A stretch of DNA of 64,000 bases from the human T2T-CHM13v2.0 reference genome, Homo sapiens. The notes under the pieces are model-generated. The model ran no database searches. It was given only the letters and a program-made list of their open reading frames with translations, and had not been told where the DNA came from. A program made the translations under genes and the position numbers. Location of the stretch: assembly GCF_009914755.1 (NCBI RefSeq), contig NC_060939.1; one strand, written 5' to 3'. Shown here one piece after another: positions 43,501 through 57,025 of this stretch; position 1 is the stretch's first letter; every line of letters starts with the position of its first letter.

Positions 43501-45142
43501 CAGTTGGGACCTTGGTGACCTGTTAATGAATCTACAGAGAGGAGAAAAACTCACAGTGTTGAGTTATGCCTGGTGTTGCTAGCTGACTTGGAGTCAGAAA
43601 TGCTTGAAGCGTTAACGTAATTGCAAGAATGTGAAAAATGAGGCGCTGGGCTCCTGAGCAAAGCGAAAGGTCAAAGTGAGCCTCACACACAAGAAGTCTC
43701 TGGAAGATAGCCTCATTAGACCATTAAGTCGGCTTCTCCTTTTCCCCTCTTTTATACAATGTTTAGAGTATTTTGTTTTTATTAATAGATACATTTCACC
43801 CTTTGTGTCGCCGCAATTTGGGGTGGTGGGAAGGATGGAGTCATAGAAAGCTTTCCAGATTTAACCATGCTGAGAAGTCCATCACTGTGACATGGAACCA
43901 CAGTTAAGTCATTGCTTGCAGATCCATTGACCCTATGTACCAGTTACCTTGAAAATGCCTTATAATTTACTTATCTTTTATATAGAAACTAACTGGTAAA
44001 ATAAAACAGTATATAAAACAGTATATATTATATAGGTGCAAGTTGCAAGTTCTTCCATAATTTGCCGTCTGATATGATTCATCGCTGTGTTAGTTTCAAT
44101 TTGCTTAAACCTAGATTCTAATTTGGACCCATTCACAAATGAATGGCATCCTAGAAAGGACATTTTTCTAGACTCTTCTAGAACCTCAGAAATCCAAAAT
44201 TCCTAGTCAGAAGCTTGGAGGACAAAAGGCACCCTACTTACATCAACACCCTCTTTTAAATGGCATATATAACTACAGCTCGAGCTGTTAAACTGTCCTC
44301 TACTTGGAAGCCTGTCTAAGACTTAAATATCGTGGCCATAAACACAGTCATAATAGAGATGAAATAGACCTAGGAGATCAGACACCATCTAATGTAAAAT
44401 ATTAAAAAGTAAAATCTATACACTTCCCTGGCCCACATTCAATAATGCATCTTCCTTTAAATTATCATTTTAGCCATAGATGAGTCATTCCTACCAATAT
44501 ATAATTGCTCTCTGAGCAATAGGTGAGTTTTAAATAGTAAAATTTATTCTAAATTGCACTAGGCTTCCTCAACATCTGCAGTTGATGTCCCCCTTGCCCT
44601 CTGATTATTCTAATTTTTAGGACTTGTGACAAAAGTCACCATGTCAGCTGAATGGAAATGGGGACAAATAATCCTCTAAGAATTTCAAAATCTACCTTCC
44701 CAAGATAAGATTCCATGTAAAATTCCACAATATTTCCAGAGCTAATAAGAACAGATTTTTAAATTTTATGTGCTTTAGAGGCATAATTGCTTGATTATAG
44801 AGAATGCTTATAGTTGATATTACAGGCAAAATATGCTATTTATAGCACAATTCAAGCTACTGCATCACAGCAGTAAAGCAGGCCTGTGATTCCACTTATA
44901 CACACAGAAATAAAGTGTAGATAACCAAATTTGTAAAAGAATTGGCAGAACTAATCAATTGTTATTGTAATGCCTACTTAAAGATTAGACAGCTCACTTT
45001 GATTTCTTTTTTTAAGGAAAGTAAGTTAAGAAGAGGAAATACTGTCTCTTTAAATAGCAGCTGATTCTACTCCCTAACCTGCCACTCTCCTGTTTACATG
45101 GCGGCAGATGTACTGATATCATAAAATACTGAAGTTATTTTA

Positions 45143-45304
<162 letters not shown>

Positions 45305-45469
45305 TCAGGATACCAAGGAATTTTTCCACAGTTACCATTTCAGCCATCAATGAAGAACCAAAAGGAACGGCACAGAAAGAGACAAAAAAATGTATACATA
45401 TTAGTATTTGTGGCAGTAGGCATATACGCATGCCATGTTATGGTGTGCTGTCTTTTTAGTAATAGGTAT

Positions 45470-45610
45470 ATAAAAGAAAAGATGTTCTAGAACTTGATGT
45501 GGTGATGGTTACACCAGTGTATATGTTGGTTAAAACTAATTTAAGTGTATACTTTAAATGGGTAAATTTTATTATATACAAATTTAAACCTAAACAAAGT
45601 TAATTTCTAA
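45470..45610 (+). mobile_element. Old L1M 3' end fragment
   Basis: atgttctagaacttgatgtggtgatggttacaccagtgtata...tactttaaatgggtaaattttattatat. Confidence 0.65.
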
Positions 45611-46420
45611 AGTAAAAAAAAATTATGAAAAATGTAAAAGTCATTTTTACTCTCGCTATCTTAATTAGGGTACATTCTACTAAGAAATAGGTCCCGATGC
45701 TCTTGGACACTCAATACTTCAGAACATTCACATCTGCAAAATTCAATGACTCCATTAAAAAAATTACAGGCTCCACAATGTATGGGACAGCCCTTGACAT
45801 CTTTCAAATGCATTGCCCTAAAACAACCTATACAAACTCTCAAAATTATCAACTGATTGACTATATAACCAACAAAGGTAATGATATTAATCACTGTATC
45901 AATACCTAATAAATTATTGATTTTTGCTTTAATTTGTAGAAATAATTTAAAAAAAGGAAACATGTGTGAACTACTGTCCATCTAGTAAGCTAGAGAGGAG
46001 TTTCACTTGAGCTTCATGGAAGCTTGAAATTCACTGAGCAGTGCTTTTTCCTAGAAGAACTACTTGTTTCAAAGGACATGCAAGGCAAACCAAGAGTTAT
46101 AGCTCATGCTACTTGGCTGAGTATATTCTTCTTCTGTTCCTCCTCCCTTTTCCTGATCATTCCCAATGCCCTGCTGTTGCTTAAAGGAAAACAGGAATTC
46201 TAATGTACAGGAAGGACTTTATCAGCACCACATGAAGGCAGGCAAGAGATGGAATTTCCTCTGGCAGAAACGGAGAGGAGGAACAGCATACGAAACAGTC
46301 CAGCCTTAAAGCCAGAGCTGTACACTTGTCACCTGCATATGACGACTTCAATTAAGCCCACAGACCTACTGGCAAGTGAATGATTTGGGGGCCAGAGGAA
46401 GGGGCAAAATAGTTCCTCAA

Positions 46421-46630
46421 AACCAATCAAAGTATACAAAGTATATACCAATCTAAGTATATACTGAAGTATACAAGGTATACACCAATCAAAGTATACA
46501 AATTTTACAAAGTATACACCAATCGAAGTATACAAATTATACACCAATCAAAGTATACAAAGTATATCACTAAAAAAACCAATCAAAATATACAAAGTAT
46601 ATCACTAAAAAAACCAATCAAAGTATACAC
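46421..46630. repeat. Degenerate minisatellite of CCAATC and AAAGTATAC units
   Basis: CCAATC at 46423, 46448, 46485, 46519, 46544, 46579 and 46614; the last units form a 35-bp repeat. Confidence 0.9.
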
Positions 46631-49444
46631 TGTTTCTTACTAGAATTGGTAAATAAGAATTCAGACAGAGCCACGTGGGTATAGGCAACAAATAAACCTC
46701 TTGACCAAGGGAAAGTAATCTTGCCATGTTGCCATTATGTATAGTTCATCAAGAAAAGAAGTCAGTCTGTCATTTTTCTCAGCATCAACTCTACAGTGTA
46801 CATATAGCATGGATGATGTTACCAAAATAAAACAAGAAACCAAGGTGAGAAAAAAATAGGGAAATGTTCTTATTTGGAACTACAAAACTTATTTTTCCCC
46901 CTACAGATCTGCAGCAAACTGACTGTGAATTAATATTTGGCATTTTTGATAGATTATGAAATAATAATCCAGAGCTCTATGGATTAATAACATCTATATA
47001 AAATAATGATACTGGCACTGCTATCAGGCAAGCAATTGATTCAAAGTGAAAACCCTGAGCAGAAATTTTGTGACTACAAATATGGCACAGGTATAGATCT
47101 CTAAAATAAGGATATGTTTGAGAAAGTAGATTAGGGAATGAAATTGAGTAGAATAAAATAAAAGTCAAGGTTTTCTGCTGCCTGTAGAAAGACAAAGTCA
47201 TGCCTGTGAGCTCTCTTTTTAATCTAAGTTAGAAACCACTCCAATAGTTTCAAGCAAAAGGCAAACAGAATACAGGGGCTCCTCAAGCTTTGAAGCCTCT
47301 TCGTGTCAGCTGTTTGCCGGGCGGTAATGAGATAAAGAGCTAGAAGAATTACATGGAAAAAAAAAGAAAGAAAAGAAAAAGAAGCAATAGCATGGTGTGA
47401 GTTTAGTCCTGCGACAACACAGGCTAGAGGCTTCTTTTAGAAAATGCAATAGCTGCAACATATTCACCTAAGCTAAACTTTTCATTGTACACAGCAATGA
47501 TGTTAATTTTATGCACTGCAGGCTTTTTATTAAGCTGGCTGCTATAAAAGCTCCTTACCCCTCATGAAAATTATAATAATTAACCACTAACACCTCAACT
47601 ATGTTTTAAGGCAAATGTCATCCAATAGCTATTATATAATCGTTTATATGAAGCCGGAGCAAGTCTTTCTGTTTAGGTGCTGCATTGATTTGAAGGGATC
47701 ACTCAGAAGGACTTCCTGTAACTGAAAACACTGGTTTGTCCCTATCAGCTAAACTGGTGCTGAGTTTTCAAGTTAGGCCTCATTCGTTTATAATTCAGTG
47801 TATTTCTTTCAATGGTATCTGAAGGAGATGTTTTCTAAAGTAAAGGGGTGAAAAATAAGCCACAGAAGCAAATATTACTTTTAAGAGCAGCTGGTTCTTC
47901 CAAATAAATTGGGTCTTTGGTTTTCTGCCCATTCCCAAAATATGCTTAAGTTCACTCTTTAACCTACCATTCCCTTATCTCTTCCCTCTTTTCTTTCTCA
48001 CTCTTTAAAAATGCTCTCCTGAAAAAGTGTCATGTTTATTTCCCATAGAGTGTCTCAAGTATTATGGTCTTGTTTGAGAGACTGAACACCAACTAAGGAC
48101 TATCACACGATAGTCATCTGATTTGAAAGAAGGAAGAACAGATAAATCCCTCTGGGGTTTCAAGGCTGAGGAGTTACCACAAGTTGTTTGTATTGAGCTA
48201 CACAAGGTGGTGATGTGATCATATACAAATACAAATGTTGATAATCTGGTCAACAAAAAATTGTTCCTCCTTGGTCATAAAAAACTGTCACTGACATGGA
48301 TGGACAAAACCTATTACTTTTAACAATTTGTTTTCCCTGAGATTAAAATATTTGTTTATATCACAACTCCTTTCTTCTATTCTTCCCCTTAGAGTTTACA
48401 AGTTTCCATCCTTCAAGAAAAATGGCATGGCTTTCTGCCAAATTATATGCAGAAGTTTAGTGAATCCTGAAACCAAAGTGACATACAAAAGCATGTAAAA
48501 ACACATGATGCAAGTAGAAAAATAAAGAGAAACGCTCGCCGGGTGCCCGTGTATGACTGAGCATTCAGGTATATGCATGCCACAATATATGTCCTGTTCT
48601 CCAGCCAAAAAAATCATGAAGACACCCGAGGGCAAGGAGTGAACATGTTTCTATTCCCAGTGGCTTTGGTAATTGGGAGTCAAATATGGTACTCTTCTTG
48701 CTCTTACGTAATTGTGTTACAGAGCAGTGTTACCAGGAGAAAAGCAGTGAATACTGAGTGGAGCACAATAGAAGGAGATGGAAAATAGATACAAGAAGCT
48801 AGGTCTCTAGGGGCAGTATTTTCTATTTGCTGGGCTACAGACTCACAGCTGATAATGCAAGTTGTAATTAATATAAAAGCAGGAGACAATATGGGCAGAG
48901 CTTGTAGTAGTGGGGCCACAGGAGAGCGCTCTGCTGCTCTACTCTGTTTCTCATTTACACACAGCTTTCCCTAGAAAACACAATTGTGCCAGTGTTTTCT
49001 CCCTTGAAAGTTAAAAAAAAAAATTGATTTAGCACTATCATTGAATTTTGCTAAATCTAGAAAAGAGCATAGAGAGGACAGGAGTCTCTGGGCATAGGAA
49101 GCAAATCATATGTGTGCCTCTCTTGTTGAAGTTGCAGATACACTGGAATTGTAACATTTTAAACCATTATGGCATTTCCATGAGGGACCTACCTATAAGA
49201 GAATACTTAATAAGTCTCGGTGAATTGGTGTTATTTCCCTATTTAAATGATTCCACATGGCACATGGTTCTTCCATGGGGCCAGTGGGGTGAAATGTATA
49301 AAGTGTTTGTAAATAAATACAAAACTGAATGGAGAAGTAAAATGTATGAGGCTTCAAGGAGAAAAGCAAAGGCCATGCCACATACAAGTTCTATCTAAAA
49401 TAATCTGAAACTCATTTTAGATCCCAAATGAAAAGGCAATGCAG

Positions 49445-49605
49445 TGGACATGGTATAGGAAAGAAAACATTAGATTGGAATTAAGATGCTGGCATGCCAC
49501 CTCTCACCAGTCAGGTGAACTTAAGCAAGTGATGTACCTCATTTCTATGGGGCTCATTTCCTTTATCTCTTTAAAATTAAGAAGTTAGACCAGATAACTT
49601 CTAGA
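49445..49605 (+). mobile_element. MIR fragment
   Basis: gtgaacttaagcaagtgatgtacctc...ctcatttcctttatctctttaaaat...gttagaccagata. Confidence 0.6.
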
Positions 49606-51215
49606 ACCTACACAACTATATAACATCAAGAGAAAAATTACATGTAAACTTGGAAAATAGAATAAAGTAACTCAGGGTATGTGCTCATAGGTAGAGAGTA
49701 ATAGTAAACATACATAAAGATATTTTAATCAGTAAATGAAGCATGTACAACTAATTTGACTCAATATATTTAAACAACAAAGGGAAGATATACTTGTATC
49801 AACATACATAATTAAATTACTTATTTCCCATAACTTTATAATGTTTTAACTCCTAATTAACATTATGCAAAAAATATTTTTAAAAATAAAACAAGGACTC
49901 CTATCTTGGGGTACTGAAGTCTACAAAAGTTAAAAATGTTAATTGTGTGGTTTGAACAAATGTTGGAATTTCAACTCCGGTGTTGTAAAGTTGACATAAG
50001 AAGTCAGGAGACCTATGTGTGCTTTCAGAACCTGGACTCACTCTTTAAAAATGTAAATAAAGCTGGGGTCCTTCCCTCACCTCCCCACTTCTACCTCTCT
50101 ATTAAGCTTTGGGATTAATATGTAAGCAACTCTCACAGAAGTGGCAAGCACCCTTTGCAAATGATTTCTCCATTTAGTCGAGCAACTTTTAGAGAAGACA
50201 GAAATGTCTTGTATTGTTGGTGTAATGCCATATTATAAAATGCCTCTTAAAACTTTGAATTGTGTTGGGATATTCCATAGAACATTTAGTATTAAAAAAA
50301 GAAAATGAATTAAAGAATGCCAATTTTCAAAAAATCTGATAGGGAATGTCTATGTGGTTGTCAATTACAACCTTTGTTTAATTTCATCTCATCACAGTTA
50401 CACTGAAAACATACTCCAACTGCACAGTCTAAATGATTTAAATAGTATAATTATTCTTAATGGGGAATTAAGAAAGCTAACAACCACCAGAAACCACGCA
50501 GCAGCAACACAACAGAAAATCCACGCACCCAGCCATGCTTCCTTGAGTTGGTGGACAGAGCTCAGAAGTAGAACTTTATCGGAATAGGCCCCAGAGGCTT
50601 TGAATAGCATACCATAAGGTCTCACCTTACACTAAAACATAAGAAACTAGCAAATAAAATAAAGCATTCATATTATTATCCAATTTCATTATTTCCCCCT
50701 TGATATTCTATAGAACAACCACTTGAACCTATCCCACCCCTCACTGTCACTTCCCTCTAATTTTTCAGGTAGTAATTGAATTTATCTAGAGTCACTTGCC
50801 CATATTCTATCAGAAATAAGATTCTGGAGAGTCTCCTCTCTGACCTAACCCATTTGAAAAAACAAACAAACAAACAAACTGTGTCAACATAAACTTGATA
50901 TATTCAGAGATGCAAAAGAAAACACCAGAATATCTTCATTTAAATTACAGCTTTCAACATATAAATATACAATAAGTTTTCTTTTCTTAGTGGTGTTAGT
51001 AGATCCAGGCAATTTTAAGGTATCTGCTATTAACTGTTAACAGACATAATTGTATTTTCTTTCCTCTACTGAATTCTTTCAAATAAAATAAAAATGTAGC
51101 TCTTTATGACCACTAACTAGGAATAACAATATAATTGTATAACTGTATTTGCTTCAAGAAAATAGAGCTTAGCTCAGAGAATATACTTCAAGCAAGTAGA
51201 TTTCATTTGTCTGAA

Positions 51216-51257
51216 CTTTACATGTAATATCTTTACATGTAATATCTTTACATGTAA
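51216..51257. repeat. 15-bp tandem repeat x2.8
   Basis: ctttacatgtaatat repeated; each unit contains the palindrome TTACATGTAA. Confidence 0.9.
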
Positions 51258-54108
51258 ATGTGAGGATGTATTTTCTTTGTCTGTACTAGGTCTAAATATC
51301 TGATCTAAAATTGTGTAAAATAGATAATGTGAGTATCACCTGTTATTCAGGAACTCCACATGCTAGAAAAAGCTGGTCATTTCACAGCAGTTTTCAAGTT
51401 GAAACTTCTTTAAAAATTGTTTTTTAGACATATTTATTTTAAACATGATAAATTTGAATGTCTAGGAAACTAACATGAACTGCAGCTGGAAAACAGAGTT
51501 CTATTTCCTTCGACTATTATATATTTTTTTCTCCCCAATATTCCAAAAATATTGTAATAGCTCTTTCCTACCTATAAATATTATTATTATGTTATAGTAA
51601 AAGACAAAATACATTATAATATTAAAAACATAAGCATGCATTATAAATTTACTAAATACAACGAAATTGTAATCAATATTGCTTATTTTATTTTCTATTT
51701 AATTCCAAACTTCCTCTTTCCATTACACCCATCATATGTAAGTGTTAATAATAAATGAATAAACTCAGTAACCTCACTGAATGTAAGGAATGGAAAGCAA
51801 GAATATTATGGTTGTCTTCTTCTAATGCATCTGTTATATCAAATTATTTATATAACTTTATGAAATGTGAACAGGATTTACTAATAATATATAAAACTTA
51901 TTCTTAAGTCTGCCAATATACTTGCTTTGAAGATATTTATATTTATTACTTTTATTTATTTACATTTTCAAATTCTTTTAAAGAATACTGAAACTATATT
52001 GGTACCTAATATTTTGCTTCTGATGCATTTCTCTCTGCTTTTCTCTCTCTCCTTGCATGTTCCTTCCTTAAACATGCACACACACGAGTATGCACACACA
52101 CACACAATGAAGCTGGATACCACTTAATAAGAGTAGAGGTGTATGTGTTTTGGGGGTGTCAAACAGCTGTCACAAACTGTCACCTCCACAAGAGAAACCT
52201 TGGCATACAACAAATTAAACTACACTTCTTTTTTAGCTGTCATTATTCATAGCCAATAAGTTGAAATGCTCTCAGCATTTCATGTGCAAATAAAACCAAG
52301 AGGAAGCTCAGATCAGAATAGTGGGCCAACAGATAAAACAAGAAAACAACGCGCTGTCTGGGCCTTTCTGAAGTGGCTCATCATCACCCCTGCACCAGTG
52401 TTCACCAAATGAGATCCAGCCTGGGGCAATGTATTAAATATGCATATCAAAGCAAATGAAAAATAAACCTGAAGATTCAAATTGGGCACATTTACATGCT
52501 GAAAATGTCCCACTCACACCACTTTTCAGGTAGTGGTTCTTTGTTATTTTTACTTTGTGTTTGGCTAGGGGGTTGAAGGAAGGCAACTTTGTAGAAGAGG
52601 CTGAAAAGCATAAGAGGATTTGCTTTGAAGGGGGAAGCCTGGACATGAATACAATCAATACACCTATGGTACAAAAGTCTCAAAAATGGTGAAAACTCTC
52701 CAAGGTTTTCTCTCATGTCCCTGCATAAAATACAAGTCTGTGGCAAATCTCTCCGTTTTCTACTTGGTGTGCTGGTGGAACAAATTATTGCTTCCTTTCA
52801 AAACAAATAGCAGGGGGCTAAAGTAAAAATGTTATAGTTCAGATCTCTAGGAAATAAAAGGCTTTAAATTATGACACCCAATGAAGTGGCAAGCCCTCAT
52901 GGGTTCAAAATAAATCAGTTGTCATATTTACTTGACTGGGGGCCTGAAAGGAGAGCAACAAATGTTACAGTTGACTCTTTTATCCAAAGATGATGATTGA
53001 TAAATTATTAAAGCACTATCCTCTTAGGTACAACTTCCTTCTTGAGTGGATATTTAAATATTACAATAGTCTCATAAATTGATATTGTCTATCAGCCAAT
53101 ACTTTAAACAGCCTATTTTATCTTATCTTTTCTATGTAAACATCAACATGGTCTAGCTGTATACATCCACTGGAAAAAGAGTTGCCAAGAAACTGTTTTA
53201 GAAAACTAAGTAGTAGGTACTCCTAGAAATATCATGAGAAAAGCTTTTGGCTCCGAGAACTGTGAACCTCTCATTTTACAAACCATGTAAATAGATCCCT
53301 CCCCAGTCTCCCAATAATGTGAATAAATATAAATATAGAAACAGAAAACAATGAAAATAAACACACAAAAAACAACAAATGTAAATATTTCTTAGGTAGT
53401 GTCATGCCTCATGGACCACAACACACTGTGGAGCCACAGATCAGCAAATAAACTTTCCATAACCACTGCTGCATCCTTTTGATTTCATTACATTCACTCA
53501 ATATACAAAGGAGATCACCAAAGATTCCCTCACCATGATGGAAAAAGGTAAGGGTAAAGAGATAAGAATAGGAGCCTTCAACACCGCAGTATTTATTCTG
53601 TCACAGAACTGGATATCCCAGACTGCGGTTTTCTTTTCTAGACTTTTTCTAACTTTTGTTCTTAGGCTGGCTTCCCATACAAGTGCAAAGGTTAATTATG
53701 AAAATCTATGACTGCATATTTTCAAAACTTTTGTCTGGAGCAGGGGAGAGAAGAACCTCATAGAAGGTTTATACTAAGGCATCCCAATTCATTTGTCATA
53801 CCAGTCAGGAATTGGGATGGGAGGTAGGGACAAACTGCCTTCAAGCCTTAATGCCTGTTTAACTCACACGGAGTGTCAAATTAATATTTCGGCCACAAAG
53901 TTATTAAACTACAGCTTATATTATTTAGGCTGTGAGTTCAACTGAATGTAATCTATAGACACCCTGTCCCCCATTTCCAGGCTTGAGTTCCTATAAATAA
54001 AACTGCTGTTCACACCCACTCTTTAACCTCGCCACTCTTGCCTTTCCTACCAGCTGCAATCTTTCTTCTCTTTGCTTCTTTTTCAAATTTTCAGTCTCAC
54101 TACATATG

Positions 54109-54109
<1 letters not shown>

Positions 54110-54157
<48 letters not shown>
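54110..54157. repeat. T48 homopolymer (A48 on the sense strand)
   Basis: Direct reading; no adjacent Alu or L1 body. Confidence 0.95.
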
Positions 54158-54159
<2 letters not shown>

Positions 54160-54936
54160 CATCAGACTCACTAGATTGGTTCCAAAATAGGATTAGAAAC
54201 AGAGAGAATAGAAAGAAATCTCCTTTCCTGGCCTGACATACACAGTCATTTCTTACTATACTCTCCATCCTCATTCACCAACTGTTAAAGTGTTAAAATT
54301 CAACCACTAACCTATGGTTACTCAATCATAATTCCCTTCAGCTTTCTGTAATACATTGTTAATAATTGGTTCATCAAGGTTACTGTCTTTTATTATGAAG
54401 ATGCTTCAGGCATTTGGCAATAAGTCCCTATTCTGACAATAAGTTTCTATAGCAAAAGCCCTGAGAATTGTAATGTGTTTGTTCACCCCTTTTATTTCGA
54501 ATGCAGTGCAAGATTGCCAATAATTCTCAGAATTGTCATCTCTGTGACATACTAGGAAATCAGCACTCACTCAATTCTCTTTCATTCAGTCCTCTCTCTC
54601 CAGACCAGTCCAGCTAACTGTCTTGCTTCTTTCTATCCCTGCTGCACTGATTACACAAAATTAAGAAAGCAGAAAACACAGTGGTGACTATATCAAACAG
54701 AATTTGCGAACACCCAAGTCACCAAATCCAGAAAACTTTACACATTAAGAGCACAAATCACTCTATCAACTCTGGTTTTTTGGCTCTCAACATAAATAGG
54801 AGGGGGTCCAAGAAAGGAGAAATGAAAATGAAGGGTATGGCAGAGAAAGCAAGAAAGAGAAGAAAAGACCCCAAAAGAGACGGAGTCATTTAAAAAGAAA
54901 ACTAAATCAGTGGAGCTAGATGTTAAAACAAGGTTA

Positions 54937-55140
<204 letters not shown>

Positions 55141-55937
55141 CTAGAACGAAGGTCATGGTGGAGGGTTTAGCTCATGTTGTTGTTGTTGTTGTTTTGTTTC
55201 ATTTTTAGAAAGGAAAAATACCAGGTTGCAAGGTTACATTTGCAAAGAGCAACAGTGTGATGTCTTCCAAACTAACTCTAATTAAAGGGTGTAATAGTTG
55301 AAGGCAAGGAAACAATAGAGTAATTGTTGCAGCAGATATTATTCTCCAGAGACTTCTCTGAGCAACAAGTTACAATAGAGAGAGAAAGAAACAGGACTGG
55401 AAATAACTGGGTTCAGAGTGGGAGTCCAGGGAATTAAATCTGATTTGATAATAACATCAAAACATTACAACATTGGAGCTGGGGAGAGCATTAACGTTTG
55501 TGATTTTTATAAGCTAGGGGTTTCGTATGTTTCCAGGGGAAAGTAATTGAGCTGCAGAGCAATGTAAAGACACCCAGCAAGGATGATTCACTCTGCCTGC
55601 ACCTAATGCAAACCCAGGGCCGAGGGTGAGCTGAGCTAATAAAGATGCAAGCAGGCTGAGTGTCCAGTAACATAAATGGTTTGCTGCATTTCAAAATAAT
55701 CCTGAATGCCTGAGGGTAATATTGGGGAGGAGGAGGCTACTTTAAAGGCAAGGCTGTCCTGATTCACCCACCCTCTGAGCCCCTGTGTTGAGAAGCGAGT
55801 TGAAGGATGGACATGGTTACATGCTCAAAATCTCCAGGTGCTCAATCCCTCACACTAGAGGTTTGTTAAAAACATCCCAACTCAACTAGGAGAGGGAAAT
55901 GGTTTAATCAACACGGGGAGCGTTATTTCCTGCTTAC

Positions 55938-55988
55938 CTTTTCTAACTCCAAAAGATGAAACCTTAGTACTTGTATTGCTTGTATCAT
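55938..55988 (-). CDS. MEIS2: MEIS2 exon 5 (MIQAIQVLRFHLLELEK), 51 nt, homology region 2
   Basis: Acceptor ttttctttcag|ATG, donor AAG|gtaagc; phase 0-0. Confidence 0.98.
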
Positions 55989-56684
55989 CTGAAAGAAAAG
56001 TTCAGGGAATGGAGTTAGAGCTCTGTGACTCTGAGGTCCTGTCTTGGGGTTGGGAGTGGGGTGAGGATGGTGGTGAGAAAGTTGGGCTGGGGAGAAGAAA
56101 CGGGCAGGTGGCCAGGAAAAACTTAAACATCAAGAAATAGTCAGAAAAATCAAGTGATTACTGATCATCTCTGCCTCATTGGCCACGGGGTAGGAATCTG
56201 ACTCAACCTGAGCATAAGCATTAATATCTTTCCCCCTGATGTTCACTGTGCTATTTGTAAGACTGCTTTCCTCGGGCCAGGCCTTTTTTCTCCTCTTAGT
56301 CCTCTTTAAACATCCCCTCCCTCGACCTCAGGACAACTTTTTTTTTTTTCCTTAAAAAAAAAAAAAAAAAAAAAAGGTCCCTTCTCAGGATAGAAAAAGC
56401 TTTTTAGAACAGCATACCCAGCGAAATCCTTCCTCACTAAAGAAGGAAATACTCAAGATGAATGCTGAGGCAGGGCCTTTGAAAGCGGATTTAAGTACTT
56501 TTAATATTGAAATCGTGCAAATTAGCAAAAGAATCGCACCTAAAAGTGGCCTGCGCTGGCCTGCCCCTCACCGCCCCCCAGCCCCCACCCCCAGCCCGCC
56601 CTCAGCCGTGCCAGTGGTTACATCCTTCGGGTTAGCCGCCCGGGGCTCGGCCGCCTGCCCCGGCAAACAGAGGAAATAACTCAC

Positions 56685-56795
56685 TTCTCGCAGTTTACTC
56701 CTGGGGCCGAGACCTGGGAAACATCCCCTGCTCGCGCTCTCGGCGCTCGGTCTCCCGTTTCGGCCTCCCTGGGCTTCGCTCCCCACCGCGTTCAT
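56685..56795 (-). CDS. Candidate internal alternative first exon ORF (37 aa) in frame with exon 5
   Basis: aggATG at 56795; exactly 111 nt to GAA|GTGAGT donor (56684-56679); lies in a CpG-rich patch. Confidence 0.4.
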
Positions 56796-56974
56796 CCTGC
56801 TCCTCGCTCGCCAGCTCCCGTGCGGGGGCTCTAAGCTGCTCCCTTCCTCCCTCTCTCCCTAGAGCTCCAAAAGAGGGTTCTGTTCTAACTCCCCAGAGCT
56901 CCAGCAGAAAGTGGGTGCTTCTGGGCATGGGAGAGGGCAAAGGCTGGGGAAAAACAAGGAACAGAGAGCCTTAC

Positions 56975-57025
56975 CAAATTGTCCAGCTCTGGATTTGAGG
57001 AAAAAAGTGGCTTTTCGGCGCGAAC
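56975..57025 (-). CDS. MEIS2: MEIS2 exon 4 (VRAEKPLFSSNPELDNL), 51 nt
   Basis: Acceptor tttcttacag|GTT, donor TTG|gtaagg; phase 0-0. Confidence 0.97.

Noticed and set aside
46421-46630. CRISPR-like array (repeat-spacer look)
   Set aside because: The 'spacers' are themselves derived from the repeat, spacing is irregular, the context is eukaryotic and there are no cas genes.
56338-56375. T12...A22 hairpin or terminator-like structure
   Set aside because: Adjacent homopolymers pair trivially, and intrinsic terminators do not apply to Pol II introns.
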